The notes under the pieces: generated by a model
Told to the model about the DNA's origin: nothing
The model's input: the letters and a program-made list of their open reading frames with translations, nothing else
Database searches by the model: none
Source: a virus
Virus record (IMG/VR): IMGVR_UViG_3300045911_000155
Coordinates: 16,561-80,560 of that record
Strand: one strand, 5' to 3'
Length of the DNA: 64,000 nt
In this document: in pieces, positions 44,648-53,398 of the stretch
Layout: each line of letters begins with the position of its first letter
Position numbering within the stretch: the first letter of the stretch is position 1
Program-made: the position numbers and the translations under genes

Positions 44648-46099
44648 TTAGCGCTGGCTCTTGTTCAACGTTTTCACGTAGAGCGCGATGTCTTCCGAAA
44701 GAGGCTCAGCATCAGCGGCCTTCGGCGCGGTCTTCTTCTGATCCTGTTCGGTCAGAGTGCCCTTCGCCTTTTCCTTCGGGAAGTACGATTCCTTGAGCGT
44801 GGTCAGCGCGCTGGCAAACTGAGTGCTGTTCTGGAAGGCGATACCTTCCGCCAACTTGCTCAGACGATCAGCTTGCGTAGCGGTCAAACCGGTGGAAGCC
44901 TTGCGGACCATTTCCGTGCGGCGGTAGCGGGTCAAGGATTCACGCAACTTCATGTTCTCCTTGGCGGATTCGTTGAGACGGCCTTCGAGCTTGGACAACT
45001 TCTTGCCCATGACCTTGAGAACATCGACCTTCGATTGCGGAACTTCGATGTAGTGTTCAACGAACAGCTTCTTCAACCCGGACAGGAAGTCTTCGGCCAA
45101 CTCAGCGCGGATACCGGCTTCAACGGCCAAACGATTTTCCTTCAACCACTGCGAAGAAACGTAGGTCAGGTAGCGGTCAACCTGTTCCGACAACTTCGCT
45201 TCATGTGCGGCAATGCGCGCGTCAGACTTCTTCTTCAACAGCGCATACGCTTCCTTCAACTTCTTCGACGCTTCTTCAGCAACACGCTTGCGGGTCGCAG
45301 CGGCGCGGGTCTTGACAGCGGCTTCGAACACAACGGACGCCTTCTTGCGGAAGTCTTCCGGCAAGCTAGCTTCGCCGAAGATCGCCTTCTCATCGTCGGT
45401 CACTTCGTCGTCGTCGCCTTCGGTGACTTGCAGCTTCGGTTCCGGCGGCTCCGGTTCGGTGATGCCGATTTCGCCCGGCTGAACGTCTTCCTTCACATCA
45501 GGATCGCCGTCGCCGTCCTTGTCCAGCTTCTTCTTCAGGAAGTCAGGCATGTCGTCCTTGTCTTCCTTCACCTTCTTGCCCTTCACCGGCTTCTTGGATT
45601 CCTTGACCTTCTTCTTGGTCTTGGATTCCGCGACAACTTCGTCGTCGTCCTTGTCTTCGTCTTCGGCCACAACGTCGTCTTCGTCGTTGTCGTCATCTTC
45701 CGACAGTTCGCCTTCCGGCTTGTCGGGATCGCCTTCGGCTTCCTTCAAACGAGCGATCATTTCGGAGAACGTCTTGTCAAGGTCGTCGTCTTCGTCGGCA
45801 TCTTCCGATACAACGTCGTCTTCTTCCTTGTCGTCGTCTTCCGTCACGATTTCATCGTCTTCGTCAGCATCGGCGTCTTCGACAACTTCGTCGTCGCTCA
45901 TGTCGTCAACGTCGAAATCATCTTCTGCGACCATCTTGTCAGCGTCATCTTCTTCCGCTTCCATCGGCCACTTCTTGTCGATTGCGTTTGCTTGCGGAAC
46001 GTCGGCTTGTTTCACGTCCGCTGAGAAGTCAGCGGGGTAGTTACCAGCCGCCGTAGCTTCCTTGAGCATTTCGAGAATTTTGCTTTCAAAAGCACCCAT
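44648..46099 (-). CDS. gp22: Prohead core scaffold (gp22) with long acidic N-terminus
   Basis: EDFRKKASVVFEAAV, VDRYLTYV..WLKEN, LFVEHYIEVP, LKESYF; position. Confidence 0.9.
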   Translation of the reverse strand: MGAFESKILEMLKEATAAGNYPADFSADVKQADVPQANAIDKKWPMEAEEDDADKMVAEDDFDVDDMSDDEVVEDADADEDDEIVTEDDDKEEDDVVSEDADEDDDLDKTFSEMIARLKEAEGDPDKPEGELSEDDDNDEDDVVAEDEDKDDDEVVAESKTKKKVKESKKPVKGKKVKEDKDDMPDFLKKKLDKDGDGDPDVKEDVQPGEIGITEPEPPEPKLQVTEGDDDEVTDDEKAIFGEASLPEDFRKKASVVFEAAVKTRAAATRKRVAEEASKKLKEAYALLKKKSDARIAAHEAKLSEQVDRYLTYVSSQWLKENRLAVEAGIRAELAEDFLSGLKKLFVEHYIEVPQSKVDVLKVMGKKLSKLEGRLNESAKENMKLRESLTRYRRTEMVRKASTGLTATQADRLSKLAEGIAFQNSTQFASALTTLKESYFPKEKAKGTLTEQDQKKTAPKAADAEPLSEDIALYVKTLNKSQR

Positions 46100-46136
46100 T
46101 TGTTTGTTCTCCTAAAAAGGTTTGGCTGTTCGGTAT

Positions 46137-46799
46137 TTAGTGTTTCCGCGAAAGTTCAGAAAGGAAACGGCTGAAGGCTTCGACCATCTTGTCGGTGTCG
46201 CGGAAGTCTTTTTCAACAATCCGCTTGTACTTAGCAACTTGACGTTCGACCAAAATGCCGTTGTTCCAGACCCATTCCCGGCCTTCCATCACGCCCCGGA
46301 CAAAGGCTTGCGGCGCGGAGGGATCGGCCACAATGTCCGCCGCCGTGTTCAACTGGAAATCGTCCTGAACGACTTGAGTGCCATCGGCCTCTTCGCTCAG
46401 CGAACCCATACCACGGCTCGAAACTCCCAATTTGGCTTCTTCATCCATCAAGGACTTCACGATCTTTCCCATCGGGGTTTCGGTCATGATCTTCGCCTTG
46501 CCGATGAAATTCGTGCCTTCCTTGCGAAGTTCCTTGATGATGTGGGACACACGGTCCAGATTGATCGACGGGCTGTCCGGGTGGTTGAGTTCGCCGAATG
46601 CACGATTGTGCTTGACGTACTCATTCACGTACCGGGTGACTTCCGGTTCCATGACTTCCATCGGGTAGATGCGTCCGTTTCGGTTCTTCAGTGCCGCTTG
46701 CAGAAAGATGCCTTCGATGAAATAGCCCTTCGATGGCGACTTCGCAACGGTGATATTCTCGTTTACCTCAGTGATGAGGCGTAGTGGTTTTTGTGGCAT
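46137..46799 (-). CDS. gp21: Prohead protease (gp21)
   Basis: NRNGRIYP, GELNHP, GVSSRGMGS, DIVADPSAP. Confidence 0.97.
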   Translation of the reverse strand: MPQKPLRLITEVNENITVAKSPSKGYFIEGIFLQAALKNRNGRIYPMEVMEPEVTRYVNEYVKHNRAFGELNHPDSPSINLDRVSHIIKELRKEGTNFIGKAKIMTETPMGKIVKSLMDEEAKLGVSSRGMGSLSEEADGTQVVQDDFQLNTAADIVADPSAPQAFVRGVMEGREWVWNNGILVERQVAKYKRIVEKDFRDTDKMVEAFSRFLSELSRKH

Positions 46800-46804
46800 G
46801 GTTA

Positions 46805-47809
46805 TTAGTCGTCTCCGTATGGATCTTCGTCGCCCGTGTAGTTGACCTTCTCTTTGTTCTTCAGCAACTTGTCCGCCAGCAACCCAACAATCACTTTCAT
46901 CAGCGGGTTTCCGTCTGAAAGCGTGTCCACCAAGGTATTGATCCGATCCTTGCGGCGCTCTTGTTTCTTGTTGTGATCGTCGATGTCTTTGTTGTGGACC
47001 TTTTGCAAAGACCGAAGAACATTCTGGATGGCCTTGATCTTGTTCTGATAGCCGGACTGCCGTTCCCGGAAATTGTTTAACTTGTCCCGGTCGTCGGTTC
47101 GCGGCGGCGTCAATTCCCGCGACGTGTGTTGAGCATTTGCCAGCTTCGCTTTCAATTCCGCCGGGCCGAACTTCTCACGCTCTAACCACTGTTGGAACCA
47201 CTGCGAAGGAATTGCCTTGATTTCAAATTCACCGGGTTTCTTCCCGGCAATCTTGTAGGTGACTTCGCCCTTCTTGATGTCGTCGTCGGCTGTGCCGTCT
47301 TTAGGCATCGGTGGCGCATCTTCATCGTCGTCATCGTAGTTATTGAAGCCGGTGTAGTCGTCTTGGTCTTCATCATCGGCTTTGTCTGCTACGCCACCAA
47401 CCGCCGTTTTCTTCGGTTCCGGTTCGTCTTCATCGTCCCCATCGCCATCCTTCGGCTCTGGTTCCTCTTCGTCGTCCGGTTCGGGCTTAGGAGTCGGCTT
47501 CACCTTGGCTTTGATGTCGTTCAACTTCAGACCATTGGCCTTCGCCAAATCTTCTGCCCGCTTCAAGAGCTTTTCGTTGGTCTTTTCGTCGCCTTCGTCA
47601 CCGGCGTCTTCGGCCTGTTGAATCAGATCACGGATCTGTTGCTTGATGGCTTTCAGCTTGGCTTTCTTTTCGTCGTCTTCGCCACCATCATCTTCCGGGC
47701 CTTTCTCAATCAACAGGTGTTCAGCCAAGGTGATGCGGCGCGCCTCAACTAGAATTGCGGCGCGCCGAAATAGTTCTTGCTCAATGAGCCGATTTACCTT
47801 GGGTTTCAC
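46805..47809 (-). CDS. Probable prohead core / internal protein
   Basis: Located between gp20 and gp21; highly charged. Confidence 0.7.
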   Translation of the reverse strand: MKPKVNRLIEQELFRRAAILVEARRITLAEHLLIEKGPEDDGGEDDEKKAKLKAIKQQIRDLIQQAEDAGDEGDEKTNEKLLKRAEDLAKANGLKLNDIKAKVKPTPKPEPDDEEEPEPKDGDGDDEDEPEPKKTAVGGVADKADDEDQDDYTGFNNYDDDDEDAPPMPKDGTADDDIKKGEVTYKIAGKKPGEFEIKAIPSQWFQQWLEREKFGPAELKAKLANAQHTSRELTPPRTDDRDKLNNFRERQSGYQNKIKAIQNVLRSLQKVHNKDIDDHNKKQERRKDRINTLVDTLSDGNPLMKVIVGLLADKLLKNKEKVNYTGDEDPYGDD

Positions 47810-47824
47810 TGGACTCCTGTCCTG

Positions 47825-48754
47825 TTACTTCTTGACTGTGGTGGGCTTCTTCGCGGCGGTCTTGCGGGCCTTTGCTGCCTTTTCACGGGCCTTCTTTGCC
47901 TTTTCCGCTTCCTTCTTCAGCCATTCCTGATACTTCTTCTGTGCTTCGGCAACGCGCTTCTTCAAATTGCCCAAACCGGCTTGCTTCTTCGCAATGGCTT
48001 CATTCGCCTTGGCGATGCTTTCCGGCTTGGCCTTCTTGCGGCGCAAGTCAGCGACGCGCTGGCGGGCACCGGCGATCTGGTGTTGCTTCTCAACGACGGA
48101 TGCGTTCAGGCGACCGATGTATGCTTGCCACCCGGCCTTGTCACGTGCTTCATCTAGCTGGATGGATTCATTCACAGGCTTGACCCACGTCTTACCCTGT
48201 GACTTGCGGGCATCGGCCCACTGTTGAGCATCACTCTTGTCAGAGAACACGCGCGAATAAGTCTTGGTCGTTCCGTACTTGCCTTGAGAGGGATTATCGT
48301 GTCGTTTGTCTAGGACTCCTTGAAAACCCTCTGCGACAATATCATCATCATCCGTCTCCACATCATCGGAGATTTCACCAGCGGGAATCACCCACGCAGA
48401 TCCTTCCGACTTGTGGTCATTGACCCACTTTTCAGCTTCCGACTTAGTGTCGAAAAAAGGGGAGTAGGTTTTGATCTTTCCGTTCTTGCTCCCCTTACCC
48501 TTACCGGGCTTTTCAAGAACTCCCTTAAAACCGTGCTTGACACCTTCGGCAACGTCGTCCATGTCGTCGCATTCTTCGACGTACTCAATTTCGTCTTCGG
48601 GAATGACGCCAGCGCCCGGCCCGCCGTAGGCTTCCTTCATGACCGTGGGGCAGTTTGAATAGATCGCGGAAAGCATAGAACGGTTCAATCCTTCGCGGAT
48701 CAATTCGTTCGCGTCAAAGAGCCGTCCTTCTCGAATGGCAGTGATGATGTTCAT
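47825..48754 (-). CDS. Probable prohead core protein with duplicated internal domain
   Basis: Located between gp20 and gp21; two GFxGVL...KTYS..F..KSxAxxW repeats; late promoter. Confidence 0.7.
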   Translation of the reverse strand: MNIITAIREGRLFDANELIREGLNRSMLSAIYSNCPTVMKEAYGGPGAGVIPEDEIEYVEECDDMDDVAEGVKHGFKGVLEKPGKGKGSKNGKIKTYSPFFDTKSEAEKWVNDHKSEGSAWVIPAGEISDDVETDDDDIVAEGFQGVLDKRHDNPSQGKYGTTKTYSRVFSDKSDAQQWADARKSQGKTWVKPVNESIQLDEARDKAGWQAYIGRLNASVVEKQHQIAGARQRVADLRRKKAKPESIAKANEAIAKKQAGLGNLKKRVAEAQKKYQEWLKKEAEKAKKAREKAAKARKTAAKKPTTVKK

Positions 48755-48799
48755 TGTGGTGAAATCCTCTTGCTAATGCAGTATTTAGCCGTGAACCGC

Positions 48800-49180
48800 T
48801 TAGCGGCGCTTTTTGTTCTTTCCGTGGAAGTGCTTAGAGTCATTCGGGATGTGCTCATCTTCCACGTGATGAAGAACATCGAAACCTTCGACATCTTCAC
48901 CTTCTTCGGGTTGGAAAATTTCTTCCACAGCCGGTTCCGGCTCTGGTTCAACCACCGGTTCCGGCAGTGTCTCCACTTCCGTGCCGATATTCGGCAAAAC
49001 TGCCGGTTGGACAAAATCCTCAACTTTCGGTTCTTCCACCGGCGGCGCATAGATGGCCGCAAGGGTGCCGCCAAATCGTCCATCTGCCGGATCGGGCGTC
49101 GGTGTGCCCGATGGTGTATGTTGCGACTCTTCAGTCCGATAGGGTGCGACTAGAGAGCCGCCAAAACGTTCGTTGCTCAT
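48800..49180 (-). CDS. Acidic Pro/Glu-rich hypothetical protein
   Basis: Two RFGGxLxAxY repeats; follows portal. Confidence 0.65.
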   Translation of the reverse strand: MSNERFGGSLVAPYRTEESQHTPSGTPTPDPADGRFGGTLAAIYAPPVEEPKVEDFVQPAVLPNIGTEVETLPEPVVEPEPEPAVEEIFQPEEGEDVEGFDVLHHVEDEHIPNDSKHFHGKNKKRR

Positions 49181-49188
49181 ATGTGTGT

Positions 49189-51123
49189 TTATTCCCACAG
49201 CTTTTCTAATTGGGTCCGAAACCGAATCCGCGATTCTGCCGTGGGTTCTTCGTCCTCTTCTTCGGTGTCGCCGCCCAAATCATTGAGCGTCTTCATAACC
49301 GTCTTCACATCGACGCCAGCTTCCTTTGCTGCCTTTTCGATGTTTTCCTTCTCTTCGTCACTGAGTTCGCCGATGTCACCATCGCCGCTCAGAATGTCAG
49401 TGAATGTGCCCATCACTTCTTTCGGATCTAACCCGGATTGGCGCGCGGCCTTGGTGATAGCGGCACGTTCCTTGTCAGTGAATTCGACCGTATCTTCTTC
49501 GTCTTCTTCCGGCTCAGTGCCGTCACCTTCGTCGTCTTCATCGGGCGGAAGATCACCACCTTCATCACCAGTCAGGTCAGCATCGCCACCCATGTCTGCG
49601 TCGCCCATATCACCACCGGACATATCGTCTCCCATACCGGGCTGTCCTTCGCCTTTAGCTTTCTCTTCAGCGATCTGACGATCTTCGTTTTTGATGACAT
49701 CTTCGGTCTGTTGCAAGATGTTCTGCCGAATCCACATGTTCGACACATAGGTACCGACGAACTCCTGAACCCCCAAATCACGGGCGAAATTGAAGCGTTC
49801 CCGCATGATTTCCATTTCCTTCAATTCGCTGAAGTACGTGTCTTTGAGGAACGAGTAAAAGATTTTTTGCTTGATGTAGTCCCAATCTTCATAGGCGATG
49901 ATGCCCTTCAGCATCAATTGACGGCTCAGCAACGTGTCCATCAACATCGTGAACTTGTTGCGCATTGCCGCCACGAATTTGCCGAACGAAATTTCGTCAC
50001 GGGTCACTTCAGCCGACCGGCCCAAACTGAAACCGGTGTCGGGCTTCAAACGGCTCACCGGCACATTGAGCGCCTGATAGAGCTTCATTTGGAAGTACTC
50101 CACGTCCGCCAGTTCCGACAGATTCGCGCCGCCTTGTAGCGTCTGGATTTCCGTTCCCCGGCTACCGTCACGGCGGGGAAGCCAGAAGTCTTCCATCATC
50201 GAAAGGAACTTCTTGTCATCCCGAATTTCACCGGTCTGAGCGTCGTAAACGATCTTGTTCCGGTACTGGTTCATGATGTCGCGAAGATACTGTTCGGCCT
50301 TCGTCTTCGGCAAGTTACCAACGTCGATATAGAAGGCCCGACGTTCCGGCGCGCGGCTCATACGATAGATGACCGTGGCGTCTTCCATCATGCGAAGCTG
50401 GTTCAGCGGCTTGATGGCCTTATGCAGATGGCTCAGAATGATCTGTGAGTTGTGGTCAATGATCCCGGAGTGAGCATACGCAATCGCGTCCGGCGCAATA
50501 ATTGCTCCACCTTGCCCCGCGTTGGTGTAGTCAATCCCCATTTCGTTAAAGATGTAGTACTCTTGCATGTCCGTGATGACTTCCACGTTCGTGCTGGTCA
50601 TCGCGCGCTCAATGGTATTGACTTTGTGGATCTTGCGCGGGTCAATGTACCGGAGTTCTTTGATACCTTCGCGCGGATTCTTCGGGTCGATGAGGATGTG
50701 ATAGTGCAACCGTCCATCGATGTACCAACGACGGAAAATGTCTTGACCTTCATTGTTGAAGTTCAACAGATTCATGATCGTTTCGTATTCTTCACGAATC
50801 TGATCTTTGACGTTTTCGGCGTAGTCCAGCTTGTCCAGCACCAGCGACATACTGCTCTGGTTCTCTTCGACCACGATGGCTTCATTGACGATGTGTCGAA
50901 TAGCCGTGTCAATCTCCGGTTGAATCGACATGTCGCGATATCGAGTGATGAGTTCGGCTTCGTTGCGGACAGATCCGTCCATGTCAACGAATGTGCCGAA
51001 CATGCCGCCGGATTCAACAAGAATCGCGCCGTCCTGATTCTCAGGCGGAACGAAAGACCGGCGTTCTTGCGTCTTGTTGCGCCGGTCGCGCCCGATCCTG
51101 AATCCAAACAATTTCAATGCCAT
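49189..51123 (-). CDS. gp20: Portal vertex protein (gp20) with C-terminal extension
   Basis: WYIDGR, YRMSRAPERRAFYIDVGNLP, EDFWLPRR. Confidence 0.97.
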   Translation of the reverse strand: MALKLFGFRIGRDRRNKTQERRSFVPPENQDGAILVESGGMFGTFVDMDGSVRNEAELITRYRDMSIQPEIDTAIRHIVNEAIVVEENQSSMSLVLDKLDYAENVKDQIREEYETIMNLLNFNNEGQDIFRRWYIDGRLHYHILIDPKNPREGIKELRYIDPRKIHKVNTIERAMTSTNVEVITDMQEYYIFNEMGIDYTNAGQGGAIIAPDAIAYAHSGIIDHNSQIILSHLHKAIKPLNQLRMMEDATVIYRMSRAPERRAFYIDVGNLPKTKAEQYLRDIMNQYRNKIVYDAQTGEIRDDKKFLSMMEDFWLPRRDGSRGTEIQTLQGGANLSELADVEYFQMKLYQALNVPVSRLKPDTGFSLGRSAEVTRDEISFGKFVAAMRNKFTMLMDTLLSRQLMLKGIIAYEDWDYIKQKIFYSFLKDTYFSELKEMEIMRERFNFARDLGVQEFVGTYVSNMWIRQNILQQTEDVIKNEDRQIAEEKAKGEGQPGMGDDMSGGDMGDADMGGDADLTGDEGGDLPPDEDDEGDGTEPEEDEEDTVEFTDKERAAITKAARQSGLDPKEVMGTFTDILSGDGDIGELSDEEKENIEKAAKEAGVDVKTVMKTLNDLGGDTEEEDEEPTAESRIRFRTQLEKLWE

Positions 51124-51209
51124 ATCGCAATTTATTTAGGACGACGTTTTGCAAGGTCCCATAAATGCTGGTGTTTGACATACAAGTCGGCATCGTGGTA
51201 TGATGAGCC

Positions 51210-52049
51210 ATGCTTGTTGCGATCTTTGCGCGCCCCAACATCACAGATCCGTCTGTGAGGACTGTGATATCGTCGTTGCTCGAACAACTGGACGCCGATG
51301 GTGTCGAATACCGATTGGATGAATATGCCGCCGGATACGTCGGTGGTCGTCAATTCCCGATTCCCTACGACATCTGTACCGGGGCGAATGCGGCCATCGT
51401 GTTGGGCGGCGACGGCACGCTGTTGACGAACGCACAGAAGATCCCCGCCAATGTGCCCGTGCTGGCCGTGAACCTTGGCAATCTAGGCTTCCTGACGACC
51501 ACGACATCCGACAAGATGATCCAGACGGTCCAGCGGGTCCTGAAAGACGACTACGACACGCTGGAACGCACCTTCATGGGTGCCCGGATCAAACGCTTCG
51601 GCGTTGAAGCGATGTCCTTCGAAGCGATGAATGATGTGGTCATCAAGGCGGCGGATTCCGGTCGCACCCTGTCGTTCAATCTGAGCATTGACCGACAACC
51701 GGTTGCGCAATACCGGGCGGACGGCATCATCATTTCCACTCCCACAGGATCAACAGCATATTCATTGGCGGCGGGCGGGCCAATCATCTATCCCACGCTC
51801 AAGGCAATGACCATCACGCCGATCTGTCCCCACACGCTCACGTTCCGTCCCGTGGTCGTCCCGGATACCGTCGAAATCGTCATCGTATCGGATCAGTCGA
51901 AACTGTACGTGGATGGCCGGGATGTCGCGGAAATCGACCGCAACAACGAAGTCGTCTGCCAGATCAGTTCCAAGATCATCAACCTCATTCAGCCACGCCA
52001 CATGCCCTACTTCGACGTGCTCAGAGAGAAGTTAGGATGGGGAGAATAG
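51210..52049 (+). CDS. nadK: NAD kinase
   Basis: LGGDGT, GNLGFL, ND, DGIIISTPTGSTAYSLAAGG; promoter at 51175-51204. Confidence 0.95.
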   Translation: MLVAIFARPNITDPSVRTVISSLLEQLDADGVEYRLDEYAAGYVGGRQFPIPYDICTGANAAIVLGGDGTLLTNAQKIPANVPVLAVNLGNLGFLTTTTSDKMIQTVQRVLKDDYDTLERTFMGARIKRFGVEAMSFEAMNDVVIKAADSGRTLSFNLSIDRQPVAQYRADGIIISTPTGSTAYSLAAGGPIIYPTLKAMTITPICPHTLTFRPVVVPDTVEIVIVSDQSKLYVDGRDVAEIDRNNEVVCQISSKIINLIQPRHMPYFDVLREKLGWGE

Positions 52050-52312
52050 ACACGATCCGATATCGGTTCTGGTGGGTCCTGATGGTCATTGCAATGCGCA
52101 TGCGGTGGCATCGCCCGATGAATCATGCATGGCACCGGAAAATGGATATCTTCCTGCGAAATGCTGGTCCCCAATCCGATTACGGATGGTGAAAAGAAAA
52201 CGGCCCGGCTAGGCCGGGCCATCTTCGCTGGTACCGCCCATGCTCTACAGACGGAACCGTCACTGTTCGTACACGTGGTACGTCAGCTAAAACTGTTGAG
52301 TTGTCACGCCGA

Positions 52313-52855
52313 TTAGTCGGTCGTGTCGGACTGCCACCACTGGTACTGAAGCGTTACCGGCGTTTCCGAAATGTTGTCGTTGTCTTCCCATCCTAGATCG
52401 ATGGAATTGACTTGCGACGGCCAAACACCGACGAACTTGTATCGCTTGTTTTCCTGACCAGTCTTGTCATAGTGAACCAAGGTCAAGTCCGACTGGTAGC
52501 TGTTGGTTTCGAGCGCATCCTGACGACGAACGTTCAAGATGTGAGCGTTTAGACCATTCGACCACTCTTCGAACGCCTTGCGGATCAAAAAGTCTTCATC
52601 ATTGATGATCGTGATCGACAACTCTTCGAACGTGCGGTCGCCCGGCACCTTCAACTTCCGACCAAAGTACCCGACTTCAATGCTGCCAATCTGCTGGCCG
52701 GGCATCTGTGCTGCTTTGCACATGAATTCGGCCTTCGATCCCGCCGCCGTACCACCGGGCACAAATGCGGGGAAGGTGATGAGGCATTTGAAGAGATTCT
52801 TGCGTGCGCCGCCATACTGAAATTGCGCGCGAAATTCTTGAACGTTAAAAGCCAT
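52313..52855 (-). CDS. gp19: Tail tube protein (gp19)
   Basis: GGARKNLF, CKAAQMPG, GDRTF, NDEDF; AGGAG RBS; late promoter. Confidence 0.95.
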   Translation of the reverse strand: MAFNVQEFRAQFQYGGARKNLFKCLITFPAFVPGGTAAGSKAEFMCKAAQMPGQQIGSIEVGYFGRKLKVPGDRTFEELSITIINDEDFLIRKAFEEWSNGLNAHILNVRRQDALETNSYQSDLTLVHYDKTGQENKRYKFVGVWPSQVNSIDLGWEDNDNISETPVTLQYQWWQSDTTD

Positions 52856-52925
52856 GGTGTTTATCCTTCTCCTGAAAGAGATTCTTCGCTTTGTATTTAG
52901 CAACGCACCGCTGACTTTCGTGACC

Positions 52926-53258
52926 CTATCCCTTCCCCACTCCCTGTTCGGCTTCCTGTTGCACTTCCAAATCGAACCGAATGGCGTAATTGAGCACGAC
53001 TGGCACGGGAACATGAAGGTCCGCCGCGATCTTCGTCGCGCCTTTCGCGGCAAGCTGATCCTTCAACCACACTTTCGATAACAGCTTTTCGCGAATTTCT
53101 TTTTGGATCGGCTCAGCGACGGGGATGTGTTCAGATTGGGTTTTGATACATGCTCGTTCGCCGCACGTCGCCGCATACCCAACCTTTCGGAAAGGGACCG
53201 GGCGAATCTGACAAACTGGACAACGTATTGCCTTCCACTGGTCGGGAGCATTTTTCAA
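52926..53258 (-). CDS. Zn-binding hypothetical protein (possible homing-endonuclease remnant)
   Basis: CPVC...GYAATCG...C. Confidence 0.45.
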   Translation of the reverse strand: MKNAPDQWKAIRCPVCQIRPVPFRKVGYAATCGERACIKTQSEHIPVAEPIQKEIREKLLSKVWLKDQLAAKGATKIAADLHVPVPVVLNYAIRFDLEVQQEAEQGVGKG

Positions 53259-53344
53259 GAGCCATTTTGGATTGCACCGGCTAGAAACCAGTTTTCCGTC
53301 TTTGATGAGTGTACAACTTATTCATCGAAGAACTAGTCAAAAAG

Positions 53345-53376
53345 AAAACCGCCGGGGAGTAACCCCGGCGGTTTTC
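53345..53376. terminator. Bidirectional terminator after sheath gene
   Basis: GAAAACCGCCGGGG-AGTAA-CCCCGGCGGTTTTC. Confidence 0.85.
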
Positions 53377-53398
53377 GTCTCTCTTTCAGGTTTAGGGC

